Positions 27,737-40,529 of a stretch of DNA of 64,000 bases are shown here, one piece after another; within the stretch, counting starts at the first letter, position 1; each line of letters starts with the position of its first letter. A model generated the notes under the pieces. It ran no database searches. It worked only from the letters and a program-made list of their open reading frames with translations, and had not been told where the DNA came from. Source of the stretch: Paraspadella gotoi (Eukaryota > Animalia > Chaetognatha). A program made the position numbers and the translations under genes. The stretch covers positions 3,806,610-3,870,609 of the forward strand of contig CM119271.1 in NCBI GenBank assembly GCA_051294375.1. Direction: 5' to 3'.

Positions 27737-29544
27737 CTCACGATATCGACCAATTCTCACCAGACTGTCACATTTGTCATCTCGATTCGGTGATGATCCC
27801 TATCACCATCGTTGTCCTCATCGTCGTCGACGTCGAGGTGACCAAATTAGTATTACTTTTTGAAATCGATCACGCAATCTTAGTCTTTTATCAGTCCTTT
27901 TTTCAATTCGTTGTGATCATTCCGCGAGACACAATTACAGCGATACTTCATCGTCGACGTTATCGTCGCCGTCATTGAAAACCGATTGAGATCAATCGAC
28001 GTGATCGTCATCGTCATCGTCATCCACCGACCTTCGTCTAAAAATAGTTTAATCTTCATCCGCTTCTTTCGCCGCCTTCGTAGCCTCCAACGCTGATTGG
28101 CGAGCGTTCAACGAAGTCTCCCCTCTCCCAGCCTTCGTGACTCGCTCTCCCTCAGACAAGATTTTCTCTCCATTCTCTCTTTTTATTCCCGGTTCCGTCT
28201 TTCTTCCCGTCTTGCGTCACAACTGTTTTTCTCGTCGTCTTTGTCTTTCTCTCTCTTCTCCTAACATTCCCCCAACGCGACTCGCTCTCACACCTTAATC
28301 GCTCCCGATTGCCACCTTGAGCCTTGCACCTGCAATCTCCCAATCCAGAGAGTCTTCTCTAATTCGCTAGTATAGGTCAGGCCAACCTTGTAGCACTATC
28401 ACTTGTTTTTTTTATCGATAACACTACGTAATATATGAACTATGAACGTATATATGAACCTTGAACAATATATGAACATTGAACAATATCTTCATCATTG
28501 TTTCAATCAAGTACTTCATTTCCAATTTCCATTCATTTATTCGCTTCTCCGCTGATTTTCGCCTTTCGCCAGAAATTGGTAAAACCAATGAAAAAAACTA
28601 TTAGTAGTTTATTAGCCAATATTGCTTTCTGACAATGAAATACCATCTTGGACATAACTTTCGCGATGCATTTGAAATGGAAACAAACGTTTGTGATTTA
28701 ATCAATAAAACTTTATTCCCGATTATGATATTTATAATTTAACATCTTAATATTGATTTGTATAAATCTTTCTCATTTTATTCAGATCACGTGAAATTAT
28801 AATTGATTTTTATAAAATGTTTAACCAGTGTCGTGGGTTCGAATCCCACCGCTGCCACAACATTTAAGTAAGTAGACAGAGATTTCAACATGAAACCAAA
28901 GTGGGATTTATTTAAAAATATGAACAAGAGCAAGATCAGTACAAAAATGGTCAGCTATTATAGTGAACAATCGGATCAGCGACATGGGCTCGTTTCCCGA
29001 TGGCATGAAGCCCGTCTTCTCATTGGTTGATTCCCGACGATGATTCATCCAATTCTTGGTTCTGATTCCATCTGAAATGCTATCATCAACAAATAGTGGC
29101 TTAAGGCCCTCCAACTCAACTTACAAGGTAATAATGTAGCAGAACTCGGAAAAATTTCAATCAAGCATCTCTAACAATCTAGTTTATTAACTCCCAAATT
29201 AATCATTCTATCATTCTAATCACTCGCCGTCACCAATTCTTTTAAAAACTTAAAGTTAAAAAAACTAAAAGTTAAATGAAATTGGTGCAACCAATAAAAA
29301 AATATCCATCCATTTAATAAATAAGCTATCTTGTCCCTGACTTTGGACAGACTTTGGTGGTTTAAAGGCCTCGATCACACTTGCAAGATAATAACATAGC
29401 AGGTTTCTGCAAGCTTTTAATCAAGCCTCTCTCACAGACTTGTTTATTCACTCAAAGTGAACCTGGCTTCCCTATCAATGAAGTGTAAGTATTAGATCGG
29501 GGAATACTATATTACAAATATGACATCTTTTGTGAAGGATGTTT

Positions 29545-29560
29545 GGCCCTGATAAGGGCC
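29545..29560 (-). terminator. Histone 3' stem-loop (copy)
   Basis: GGCCCTTATCAGGGCC on the minus strand downstream of H1. Confidence 0.85.
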
Positions 29561-29614
29561 GTTTGGGTGAGTATTCAGGTTCATAGAGACAGAGTCAGAT
29601 TGACTCGGAATGCT

Positions 29615-30316
29615 TCACTTCTTCTTCTTGGCCACAGTCGACTTCTTGGACGCCGTATGCTTGGCGTCCTTTTCGCCGCCGTCTTATTGGCGGCCGATTG
29701 CTTCGACGCCGGTTTCTTAGGCGTAGCTTTTTTCGCCGGCATTTTTTTGGCGGCGACATTTATCGGCGTCTTCTTAGGGCTGAGGGGGCGTCTTTTTTCC
29801 CAGTTTTCTTTACCGGGGTTTTCTTTGCCGGCGTCTTCTTGGGCGCCGATTTTTTGGCAGGCGTCTTTTTTGGCGCCTGCTGCTTGGCAGGGCTTTCTTA
29901 GACGCCGTCAGCTTGGCCGGCGTCTTTTTACGAGGAACCTCCTTGGGCGTTGGTTTAGCAGCGTTCTTTTTAACTTCTTTCTCAGCGGCGGCGCCAGCTT
30001 TCTTGGCCGGCGCTTTCTTCGACGCCGGCGTCGCCTTCTTGGCCTTAAAGTGGCCAGGAATGGCCTTTGGCCGTAACGAAGGTGCCGCCTTCCACTCCGC
30101 GTTTCAAAGCGATGTTGATCTGAGTGTTGGTTGCCTCGTGTCCTTAACGTTGTAGTTGAAAGGATGTACTTCTTGATGGCCACCTTGGACGAGCCCTTCC
30201 TGTCGGCCAAGCCACGATCGCTTCGGCGATCATGCGGCCGAAAGGTGATGGGACCCCAGATTTTTTGGCGGCCTGAGCCTTCTCGGCTGGAATCGTTTTC
30301 TGGCGGTAGAGCCCAT
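29615..30316 (-). CDS. H1: Linker histone H1, third full copy, apparently identical to 20156-20857
   Basis: ORF translations are identical at an exact offset of 9459 bp. Confidence 0.8.
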
Positions 30317-32142
30317 GATTATAATACGAGAGCGTGGACTTTTGTGTGTTGAACTTAGCAGTATGTTACCCCAGTTTCGGACGAGATTTTATAGCTCGAT
30401 CCTCGTCGGATCGAACCTTAACGAGAGCGCTTCATGTTTTGACCAATAAAGGGAGATAAAAATTGACTGAGTTTGTGTTTGTTTGACGACTTTATTTATT
30501 ATAATTTATATTATTATTAAGGTTAAGCTAAATAAAAATTCTGTGACTTTCACCATCAAAATATATTTTCGTGCTGTGACGAATAAACGAGAAAAACTTC
30601 TTTGATAATTTTAAAAAGTAAATAATAAAATAATAATTTTTTGAAACTCCTAATACCATCGCAGGAGTATCAAGCCCACCAAAAGCAAATCGGATCGGAG
30701 ACTCGGCCATCTCCGCGAATCCTGATTGGTCAAGTATGGAACCGGAATCGACCAATCAGCTTGCAGGATCATCGGAACTGTAAATTTTACCCACGTCGCC
30801 GATCCTCTCCCTCAGCTATAAATAGACCAAGTGTGGCGAAGCATAAAATTCGCCTCCCCTTAAAGCTTGGTGAAACTCAGCTCGCCTCAGGATACAACTG
30901 AATATGTTACATAGCAAATCACTTTAAATGTATGCATCCTTAATGTTATTACTAATTTTTTTATTATCTGTTAATTTTTTTTATTTATCAATAAATTAAT
31001 CTTTCTTTAATAATTTTATTGGTTCTGGGTCTGGTAGTAGCCAAGTAGTTACATACTTAATGCTGATACTCATATTTCATGCCATCTGGGAAAAGTATTT
31101 TTGGGCTTAAAATATAGTAATAACAAATTGAAAATATAGTTAATAACGAAATTAAAACATAAAAGAAAATATATTGTTTTATTATCATTAAGAATAAATA
31201 TAAGCAAAATATTTTGATTCAGAAATTGCCTATCTTAATTAAGAAAAATCATTTCTTTACCTAGGCAATTTCAATAACACTTTGCTCGGTTAATCAGCAA
31301 AATATTACCTAGTTTACCCCTTAGTCCCATTGGCTGGACAACTAAGTACTCGTTCACCAACCGTAAGTTACGGGTTAAATTCCCTCATGGTCACGCTGGT
31401 TAAAGTGTGATGGTGTCGGTATAAACACGCCAGTGACATGGGGTGGTCATTGGCGGTCCAAAGCCCTGAGCGCCAAGCTGTCGGGAGATACCATTCACCC
31501 CAGGCATCCAACCATTGCCATACTGGCTTGTTTTAGAGTAGCATTGAACAAGACTCCTGCGTGTGGTCTTACCGTCACTTTATTTTCAGAATAGATTTTT
31601 TTTTCTTAAGTGATACAAAATAAAATTTAGCAAAATTTTAAAACTAATTACAGCCGTAATTATCTATCTTTTCTGGTTTTTAATAGAACTAATTAAGAAA
31701 GAGAAAGTGAGATGTGAAATCAAACTTCGCTAAAACCGCAAACAATAGTCAAGGCGAAAAGTAAGCCGATAAATTCCGTTAACCAGAAGCCACAAATTTT
31801 TCAACGGAAAAAAAAAATTAATAAAGTTTCCGACACCAAAGTCCCCAAGAAAATCTCGAGTCGCTCAGATGCCAAATTTCACTTTTCGGTTGGAAATTTA
31901 AAAAAAAAATAATTCCCGCGACCGAGATTTTCCAGGCGGCGAGGATTTGCGCATAAATGCAAATCCGACGCCTTTATTACTTTCGGAGCTAAGATGATTG
32001 CATATTGCATATTGCATAATGCATAATGTATAGGAATGTTATTACTGTTATTCTAACACTATTATTTCATTGTTACTTCGTAAAAATATATCATCACAGG
32101 ATGTCTTTGTTTTAGATGGCGCTAGCTAATTGGCTATTTTCT

Positions 32143-32198
<56 letters not shown>

Positions 32199-33010
32199 AC
32201 ACACTCATTCTTATTCATTTGTGAGGCTTTTGTCCGCCACAGCTGATTGCTCACGCCGAAGATATTGAGTTACAATGTCGGTCAGCCACACTGAACAATG
32301 AACATCCCAATAGAATCTTCACTTGAAATTCTAAAACTACTTATAAAAATGGTCTTCTTTAAACTATCAAACAAACTAGCGATCATTCGCAAAGGAACCA
32401 ACGTATAAATGTATAAAAAAAATAAGGAACGAAAAAAAAACCGAACGAAGCAAAGAACGAACGACAAAAGAAAAATCACGTGACTATAATCTGGTCAGTT
32501 CGAGTCGAACGTGTGACTCAGGATCGTTGCGGGCTTCGGCTTGTCCGGGACGAGGGGCAAAGGGGAGGGGGCGTTATTGAAAAGGGGTTTGGGAAGAGGG
32601 AAAAGGGTAAAGGGACGAGGCCCCCCCCCAAAAAAAAGGACAAGGTTAATGATGAAAGGTCGAGAGAAAATGACCCAGTGAGGTCAGGGTCAACGCGCGG
32701 AGAAGGTCAATGGACCCCGAGCGAGAGGGAGATCTTGACCTCTTGAGTTTGATTGCTTGAGTTATTTCTTGTTTCGATGATTCGTATTATTTATTTCTTT
32801 TCATTATTAAATTCTTTATAAGTTTTTTTTTACTTTTTTTAAATACGTTTTTATTTTGAAAAATGTTTCACTGTCTAAGATTTTAGAATAATTTATAATT
32901 ATGATTTTTGTTTCCCTTTTTATTTTTCTGTATTTTTCCTTTATTACATTCATTCATTCATTCATTCTTTCTTTCTTTCTTTCTTTCTTTTCTTTCTTCT
33001 TTCTTTCTTT

Positions 33011-33050
<40 letters not shown>

Positions 33051-33859
33051 TTCTTTCTTCTTTCTTTCTTTTTCTCTCTTTCTTTCGTTCTCCCCTCCTC
33101 GACTCACCCGACTCATTCCGCCAGCGATAAGAACAAAGACGAATGTCCGTAGAAAATATTCACGTCTTCGTCGCTGTGGTGGTCGTCGTCGTCGTGAATC
33201 GTCATTTTCACAGAGATCACGTGACTATCGTCTCTTTCTTCGTCGTCATCATCGTCGTCGTCGCCTTTCCACTCGAGGACGCTAGAGTCACAGAAGCCAG
33301 CGTGATCGTCGTTGTTTTTGTTGTTGTTGTTGTTTTTTCGTTGTTGTCTTCCAGACGGAATAAGTCAAGGATGCAGCGGCGGGAGTTCCCTTCGTCGACG
33401 ATGCGTTGGGGAAGAAGTCGCCGTCCGACGTCTCGATCGAGGGCTTGGGAGTTGCATCTCTATAGGGCGGTTGGGGGGGGAGATGAAACATTGGTCAAAA
33501 AACTCAAAGAATCTGCAATCAGAATTTTAACAGCAGAAAACAAATGAGCAGTCCGTCTCACCGTTGATTCAAGATATCGGAATGTTGAGTCGTTTTTTGT
33601 TCTTGTAATTTCACACTGATTTCATTTCAGACCGATATCATTTCAAAAAAAAGTCATTCACACTAAAACTATTTATTATTGATGTCGTTTCATACATATC
33701 ATAACATATCATATCATATCAAATATCTGTCCAAGGCAATGACGCGTAAGCATGCGCTCGTCAACGTTTGGTTCTGGCGCCGTCAAGGAAAATGATTATA
33801 AGTCAGATGCGCTGACGTCGGTTTCCGCTTTTTGTTTAGCCTCTTGGCTCGTTCACTTC

Positions 33860-33895
<36 letters not shown>

Positions 33896-34022
33896 TGACC
33901 ACGAAGATGAGGACAACAAGATGTGAACAATAAAAGGCACCAAAGCGGTAAACAAACAGAAAAACAAGAAAGCAATGTACGAAGCGATAACTCAGTAACG
34001 GAAATTGGATCTGTCTCTCTCA

Positions 34023-34127
<105 letters not shown>

Positions 34128-34906
34128 GCATTCGGTTAGATTGAGTCGCTGTTAAAAAGCGATATCTGTGTCACGGCAACCTGAATCTTAACCCCTTGTG
34201 GAATTGATATATCGTTTTAAAATTTCAAAATTTCAGTCACGTCAAATTTTGGGGTTTTTTAAAAAATATTTTCTTCGAGTCAATTTTTTTTTCTCGTTTT
34301 GACGACGACGACGACGACGACGACGATAATAACGACGTCGACGACTCTGAGCGATTAATCGTGGTGACAGTGGGACAAAAAAAACCCTTGCCTCATACTC
34401 GGAACACAATACTCGTTTTAGGATACAGAAGGTCAGAGGTTCAATACCCAAAGCTCGTATTTTTGGAAATCAACAAAGGAAAAGAAACTACAGAGAGAGA
34501 GAGAGGAGGGTAAACGTATATATTACAAGAAGGTTTTTTTCTTTGTTTGTAAGTAACGATGTTTACTTAGACTGTCATCGTAACGCGCGTGAATACGACG
34601 AGAATGTTGACGATGACGACGATGACGATGACGACGATGACGACGACGACGATTCTCCGCAACCCGCGACTCAACGGTCTGACCCCCGACGTAATAAACG
34701 ATCCCTTCTCGCTGACTCCGATATAAACACATTTTTTTTTATATTCCCTTCCTTATTTTTTTGTTATTCCCTTTTTATTTCTTGTTATTTCCTTCTTCCT
34801 TTCTTTTTCCTTTTTTTTCTCGTTTTTCTTCCTCTCCGCTTAGCAAAGGAGCGCACAAAAATCTGTTTGTCAGAGATAATATTGAAAAAGGTAGGAGAAG
34901 AAAAGG

Positions 34907-34954
<48 letters not shown>

Positions 34955-37213
34955 AAAAAAAACTATACAGTCGTATTCAATAGAGTGAAAGAACGACTGA
35001 GGTTCGCGAGAGTGAATGCGGTGATCGATGCCGAAATGATAGAGTATTTGCAGTATTTCAGAATTTTTTTCCGGATCGCGTATCCTTTGAAGAATTACCT
35101 ACTTGATGCTGTTATTTCAATGGAGTGAAAAGACCGCACTATTCTGAAATTTCTTTTTTTATTTTGCCAACTCACTGGATTTACAAAGTAGCTGTACAAA
35201 TCAGGACGAAAATTAACGGAAATTTGATAACCATAAATCCATAAAACTTGCTAAACGCTTCCTCCTAATGAACTGGCCTTTGGCTACTGACAAATTGAAA
35301 ACATTAAATATAACCTGGAAAATCTTGTTTTGCATTTAGCGTTTTTCATTTCCAAAAATTGTCGAGCATAATCTTGGTATGTTTCTCCTGCAAAAACTTT
35401 TTTTCTTTCCTCACCAGATGTCGCTCGATTATTTGATAGTATAAAAACAAAGAAACAACACGAGTTCTTAAAAGGCGATTATTAAATTAAAATATCGAGG
35501 TATGTAGTTTAATTTCTCCCCTTTCTTAGTACNNNNNNNNNNNNNNNNNNNNNNNNNNNNNNNNNNNNNNNNNNNNNNNNNNNNNNNNNNNNNNNNNNNN
35601 NNNNNNNNNNNNNNNNNNNNNNNNNNNNNNNNNNNNNNNNNNNNNNNNNNNNNNNNNNNNNNNNNNNNNNNNNNNNNNNNNNNNNNNNNNNNNNNNNNNN
35701 NNNNNNNNNATTCTACGGGAGAGTTGACGGCGGAGACAGCCTCGTATGCAAATTAGCGATAGCGGAGGGAATCAAAGGAAAATGCAAATCGATTTAAATG
35801 CAACTTCAAGGACGTCACATTCCGATTTTTTTTTCAGATGCGTCGATTCATCCTTCAAACTTTGAAAGAAGGACTAAAAATTCATTATCGCGCGGATTTC
35901 TGCCAATGTTGCAACAAATAACGAGTTAATTAACAGTCTGGTATATTTAATGAGACTTTTTATGGTTAAATTTCACTTTTTTTATAAATGATTATTTGGA
36001 AGGAAAAAAAAATCACGGCCAGCGAACGGTTGGGTTTAAGCTTTTTTGTTTTTTATTATTTCTTTCTTTTTTCCCCCTTTTTATCTTGAGGGACAGGGCC
36101 GGGATAATCATAATAGACAATTTTATAAAAGCAAAAAAAATCTAATCATTACATATTCGAAGCTTTTTTGAGAAATGTACATATAATCGTACATATTCTC
36201 CTCGATGGCCTTTTGTCAATTGAAATACTAATCATGCAGCGCCGCTTAAAGGGCAAAAAGCGTAGCAGCTTGAANNNNNNNNNNNNNNNNNNNNNNNNNN
36301 NNNNNNNNNNNNNNNNNNNNNNNNNNNNNNNNNNNNNNNNNNNNNNNNNNNNNNNNNNNNNNNNNNNNNNNNNNNNNNNNNNNNNNNNNNNNNNNNNNNN
36401 NNNNNNNNNNNNNNNNNNNNNNNNNNNNNNNNNNNNNNNNNNNNNNNNNNNNNNNNNNNNNNNNNNNNNNNNNNNNNNNNNNNNNNNNNNNNNNNNNNNN
36501 NNNNNNNNNNNNNNNNNNNNNNNNNNNNNNNNNGAGAGAGAGAGAGAGAATCATCAAGAGCATCAGCCGATGTTGTATTTATCCCCTCAGGATTTGCATC
36601 TAAATGTAAAAATATATAAAAAGAAAAGAAAGAGAAAACTCTCGAGATTAAATGGAAAATCAATTATTTCCGAGTTTCTTTCCCCCCCCCCCGATTCGCT
36701 CAACTATCTTTTTTTTTCTTCTCCGATTGGCTAACTTATATGCTCTTGTTTTTTGGCGCCCGGCCGCTTGGCTCTTGGTCTTGTAAACAAACCGTCGCCC
36801 GAGAGAAAAACAAAGAAAGAAGAAAAAGGAAAGGAAAAAAAGGAAAATGAACGAGGGAAAGTGATTCAACTATTTTTCCTTTTCTATCTCTCTATCTCTT
36901 TCTGTTTCTTAGTTTCTGTCTTTCCCAATCTCTCTCTTCTCCAATTTCATTGCCTAAGACTTAGGCAAATAATAATAAGCTAATTTAATACCGTAGCATT
37001 CCTTTTTTTAACACTATCTTTTCTCTTTTTCATTTTTTTTTCCTCTTGAATATATTGACTCATTTTCCGTATTCACTTAGCCCACGGAACTAAAGTTGCC
37101 ACAGAGGTTATTCATATAATATTTTTTTTAATCAAATTTTACAAAAGTTGCCGATCCAAGTCGACAAAAGGTGGAATAAGAAACGGCTTATCTTTCGTTT
37201 TTATTGCCCACAG

Positions 37214-38232
37214 ATGTCGCGACTTTCGGCGGGAATTCCAATATATTTCACTCGTTGTAGATGATGAAAAACCGATGGAATCGCGAGAAGATGGAAAAAA
37301 TGATTTTAACTTAAGGGTGAGAGGCGATAGTATATCGGTTGTGCCAATTTCATCGATTTTTTTTTTCTTCAAAAAAAGAATAGTTTATTTGTGTGTTTGT
37401 TTGTCTACTCGTTTAATTAGAGCAAAAAAGAAAAAAGCTGTCAACCTCCAATGTGTTTTTGAAATCTATCAAATAATTTTAGTATTCTTGCTCTTGGAAA
37501 ATTATTAGACCGTTACTGAAAATCCGACATGTCCCCTTTAAAAAAACGAAGTAGCTAATCCCCTTAAGAAGACGACGACCCGTCTCGGCGCCANNNNNNN
37601 NNNNNNNNNNNNNNNNNNNNNNNNNNNNNNNNNNNNNNNNNNNNNNNNNNNNNNNNNNNNNNNNNNNNNNNNNNNNNNNNNNNNNNNNNNNNNNNNNNNN
37701 NNNNNNNNNNNNNNNNNNNNNNNNNNNNNNNNNNNNNNNNNNNNNNNNNNNNNNNNNNNNNNNNNNNNNNNNNNNNNNNNNNNNNNNNNNNNNNNNNNNN
37801 NNNNNNNNNNNNNNNNNNNNNNNNNNNNNNNNNNNNNNNNNNNNNNNNNNAAAAATCAAGGTGATATCGTTTGCTGACGGTCCCTCTAATGCTTTTACTG
37901 TTCAGTGAAGCCACGAACGAAGCGTCGTTCTTATTGGATGCCATGGAACTTACATTAATGTGGCCACCGGAAGAAGGTGAATTTATATTTTTGCGTATAT
38001 TCAAGACTTTTATTTCTCTGGCATAACGTCCTTTATTTCATAACTTCAGCCTTATGCCTTTTAGCCTTGCCATCTTTCACTGGCCCCCTGGAGTCCTTGA
38101 AATTCATGACGGAGAAAAAAGTGGCGGACTCAAGATGGAAAAACCTTGGAGTCGTTTTCGTCGTCGCCGCAAGGAGGTCAACTTTTATCGTCTCGTCTTC
38201 GGCATTCTGACCCAAGACGAATTCAAACTTTG
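37214..38232 (+). CDS. Putative exons of an unidentified spliced gene (37214-37316; about 37860/37906-37976; 38050-38232)
   Basis: Segments flanked by CACAG/GTGAGA, AAG/GTGAAT and TTCAG/GTAACA, including a 73-bp intron; e.g. CRDFRREFQYISLVVDDEKPMESREDGKNDFNLR. Reading frame of the later exons is ambiguous. Confidence 0.35.
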
Positions 38233-38720
38233 GTAACATTGTGGACTATTTTAAATTTGTGTCTTTAAGTTTAAGGACCTTATTTATTCAGGTTTTGAAT
38301 TAGATATTGAACGACAAAATCTAAAGAGAATGGGGAATCGGTACCCACCATGAATAATAATTTTGTACTTCGTACTTGGTCAAAAAAAAAAAAAAAATTT
38401 TACAGCTATATGCAAATAAGATTAACGCAACATTATCATTTTAATCGCGACAATCGCAATGTTTTCCACCCTACTTAATCCCTGATTTGCTTTGACATCT
38501 TAAACGATATCTTTTATTTAAACTCTACTACTGTTTCTTTTTTTCATATTATATAATTTTTAATCATTTATTTTCTCTTAACATCATCCCTCATTCTTTC
38601 TCCTCTTCATCCTTTAACGTTATCCGGACTCCATCTTGGCTTCTTTCCTCTCGCAACACATTACGCGCGTTCGCGTTTCAGCGCAGGAGATGGAGAGAGA
38701 GCATGATGATGAGATGAGGA

Positions 38721-38757
<37 letters not shown>

Positions 38758-38979
38758 AATGAACTTTCATCCTTTACCATTTCTCATTTTCATCATTTTC
38801 TTAATTCTTTTTAATCATTTCATCACTTTTCTTCTTTTCTTCTCATTTCTTCCATTTTTTTTTCCGTTTTCATCTCCTTCGTCGGAGAGCGACATTTTTT
38901 TTCAAAAATAAATTTCTCTTCCTCACACTGTCTCTCACCCAATTTGGTCACAGCTCGACAAAAAAACTTCACTCCGCTA

Positions 38980-39270
38980 ACCTGCACACCTGCACAGTGC
39001 ACAGTGCACACCTACACAGTGCACAGACTGCAGTGCGCATATTGCAGAGAACCGAAAAGCCGCATCACAGCGCGCCTTTTTCCTGCGCACTTTTCGACCA
39101 GTGACCGCATCTCCAGTGACCAGTGACCAGTGACTTTCCGACCAGTGACCGCATCTCCATGTTGACCAGTTGACAAGTTGATTTTCGACCAGTGACCCGC
39201 GATCTCCCCAGTTGACCGAGTGACAAGTGATTTTCCGCACCAGTGTTGACCGGCATCTCCAGTGACCAAT
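38980..39270. repeat. Compound minisatellite, (TGCACAG)n then (CCAGTGA / CCAGTGACCGCATCT)n
   Basis: Visible tandem units. Confidence 0.75.
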
Positions 39271-39556
39271 GAGTCGCCTTTTCTAGCTTTTTTTTCTCGG
39301 CTTCTTCCTTTTTTAAAGAACCGTGTTTTCCGTTCATCTTTATTGTCGTTTTCCTTTTTTTCCTTTTTCTGTTTAAATTTCCTTGATTGTTACACTTTCC
39401 ATAGTTGCTTACTCTAAAGCTAAACAATTTCGTTATATTACTTTTCAGAATTAAGGATTTTGTGATTCATAAGTCGTCGCCTAACTTGCCACTTATCACG
39501 TTCGAACATTTTTTTCCCTTTCCCCTTTCTCATTCCTCCCTATGTTATCTGTCACT

Positions 39557-39660
39557 TCTCCGCCGTCACTTCCGCCATCATTTCCGCCATCTCCCATTGC
39601 CACTTCTCCCCCAGCTCCGCCGTCACTTCCGCCATCATTTCCGCCATCTCCCGTTGCCAC
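39557..39660. repeat. Direct duplication of CTCCGCCGTCACTTCCGCCATCATTTCCGCCATCTCCC.TTGCCAC
   Basis: Two near-identical copies in tandem. Confidence 0.8.
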
Positions 39661-40273
39661 AATCTTTTTTCGGTTGACACGAGAGTGGATCCTCGTTTAT
39701 CAGGACGAAGCCGAGGTCGTATCGCCGAGGAAGAGGAGGAAGAAGGGGAGGAGGAGAGTGAAGAGAGAAACAGGGGGAGGAGGAAGAGGAGGGGAGGAAG
39801 AAGGCGAGGAGAAAGGGGGGCAGGAAGGAGGTAGAAAGAGGAAGGGTGGGGGAGAAGGGAGAAAGAGGAAGGGAGGGAGGAAAAAGGAAAGCTGAAAAAG
39901 GAACGGGGCTTTGAAGCGGAAGTGAACCAGGGAAAGGAAGGGAGAGAGGGAAGGAAGGAAAAAAATGGAAGAAGATAGAAAAAGATAGAGGATAGAAATA
40001 GGAGGAAGAGGAAAGAGGAGAACGTTGGAAGGAAAGTACATATTGTGAAGGATTAAAAGGAGTCAGAGAAAGAAGAGAAAAAAAGAAAAAAAAGCGAGAG
40101 AGAAGAATAATTTTAAAAGAAATGGAGAAAGAAGGAAAATGAAAAAAAAAGGAAAAAAGAAAGGAAGAGAAAATAAGAGAGAGAGAGAGAGAGAGAAGCG
40201 AGAGTTAAAAAAGGTTGAGAAGGAAAAGGAATGAAATGATAAAAGACTTGGAAGATTTGTAAAACATCCGTAC

Positions 40274-40363
<90 letters not shown>

Positions 40364-40373
40364 ACTTACTTAC
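40274..40373. repeat. (TTAC)n microsatellite
   Basis: About 100 bp nearly perfect tetranucleotide run. Confidence 0.95.
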
Positions 40374-40529
40374 ATTCTTACATTCTTAAAACATAATTCT
40401 TCTAAAATACTGGGGGAAAAAATAACAGAATAATAAGAAAATATGAAGACGAAATAATGAAACAATGAAGATGGGGGAACGAAAAAAAAAAGGGATGGGA
40501 ATTCCAAATGATGAGAGGTTAGTGGCTTA

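Noticed and set aside
35744-35790. Two ATGCAAAT octamers as an H2B or snRNA promoter
   Set aside because: No associated TATA/PSE or gene identified, and such motifs are plausible by chance in AT-rich DNA.
40274-40373. (TTAC)n as an interstitial telomere
   Set aside because: Does not match known metazoan telomere units such as TTAGGG, TTAGG or TTAGGC; treated as a microsatellite.
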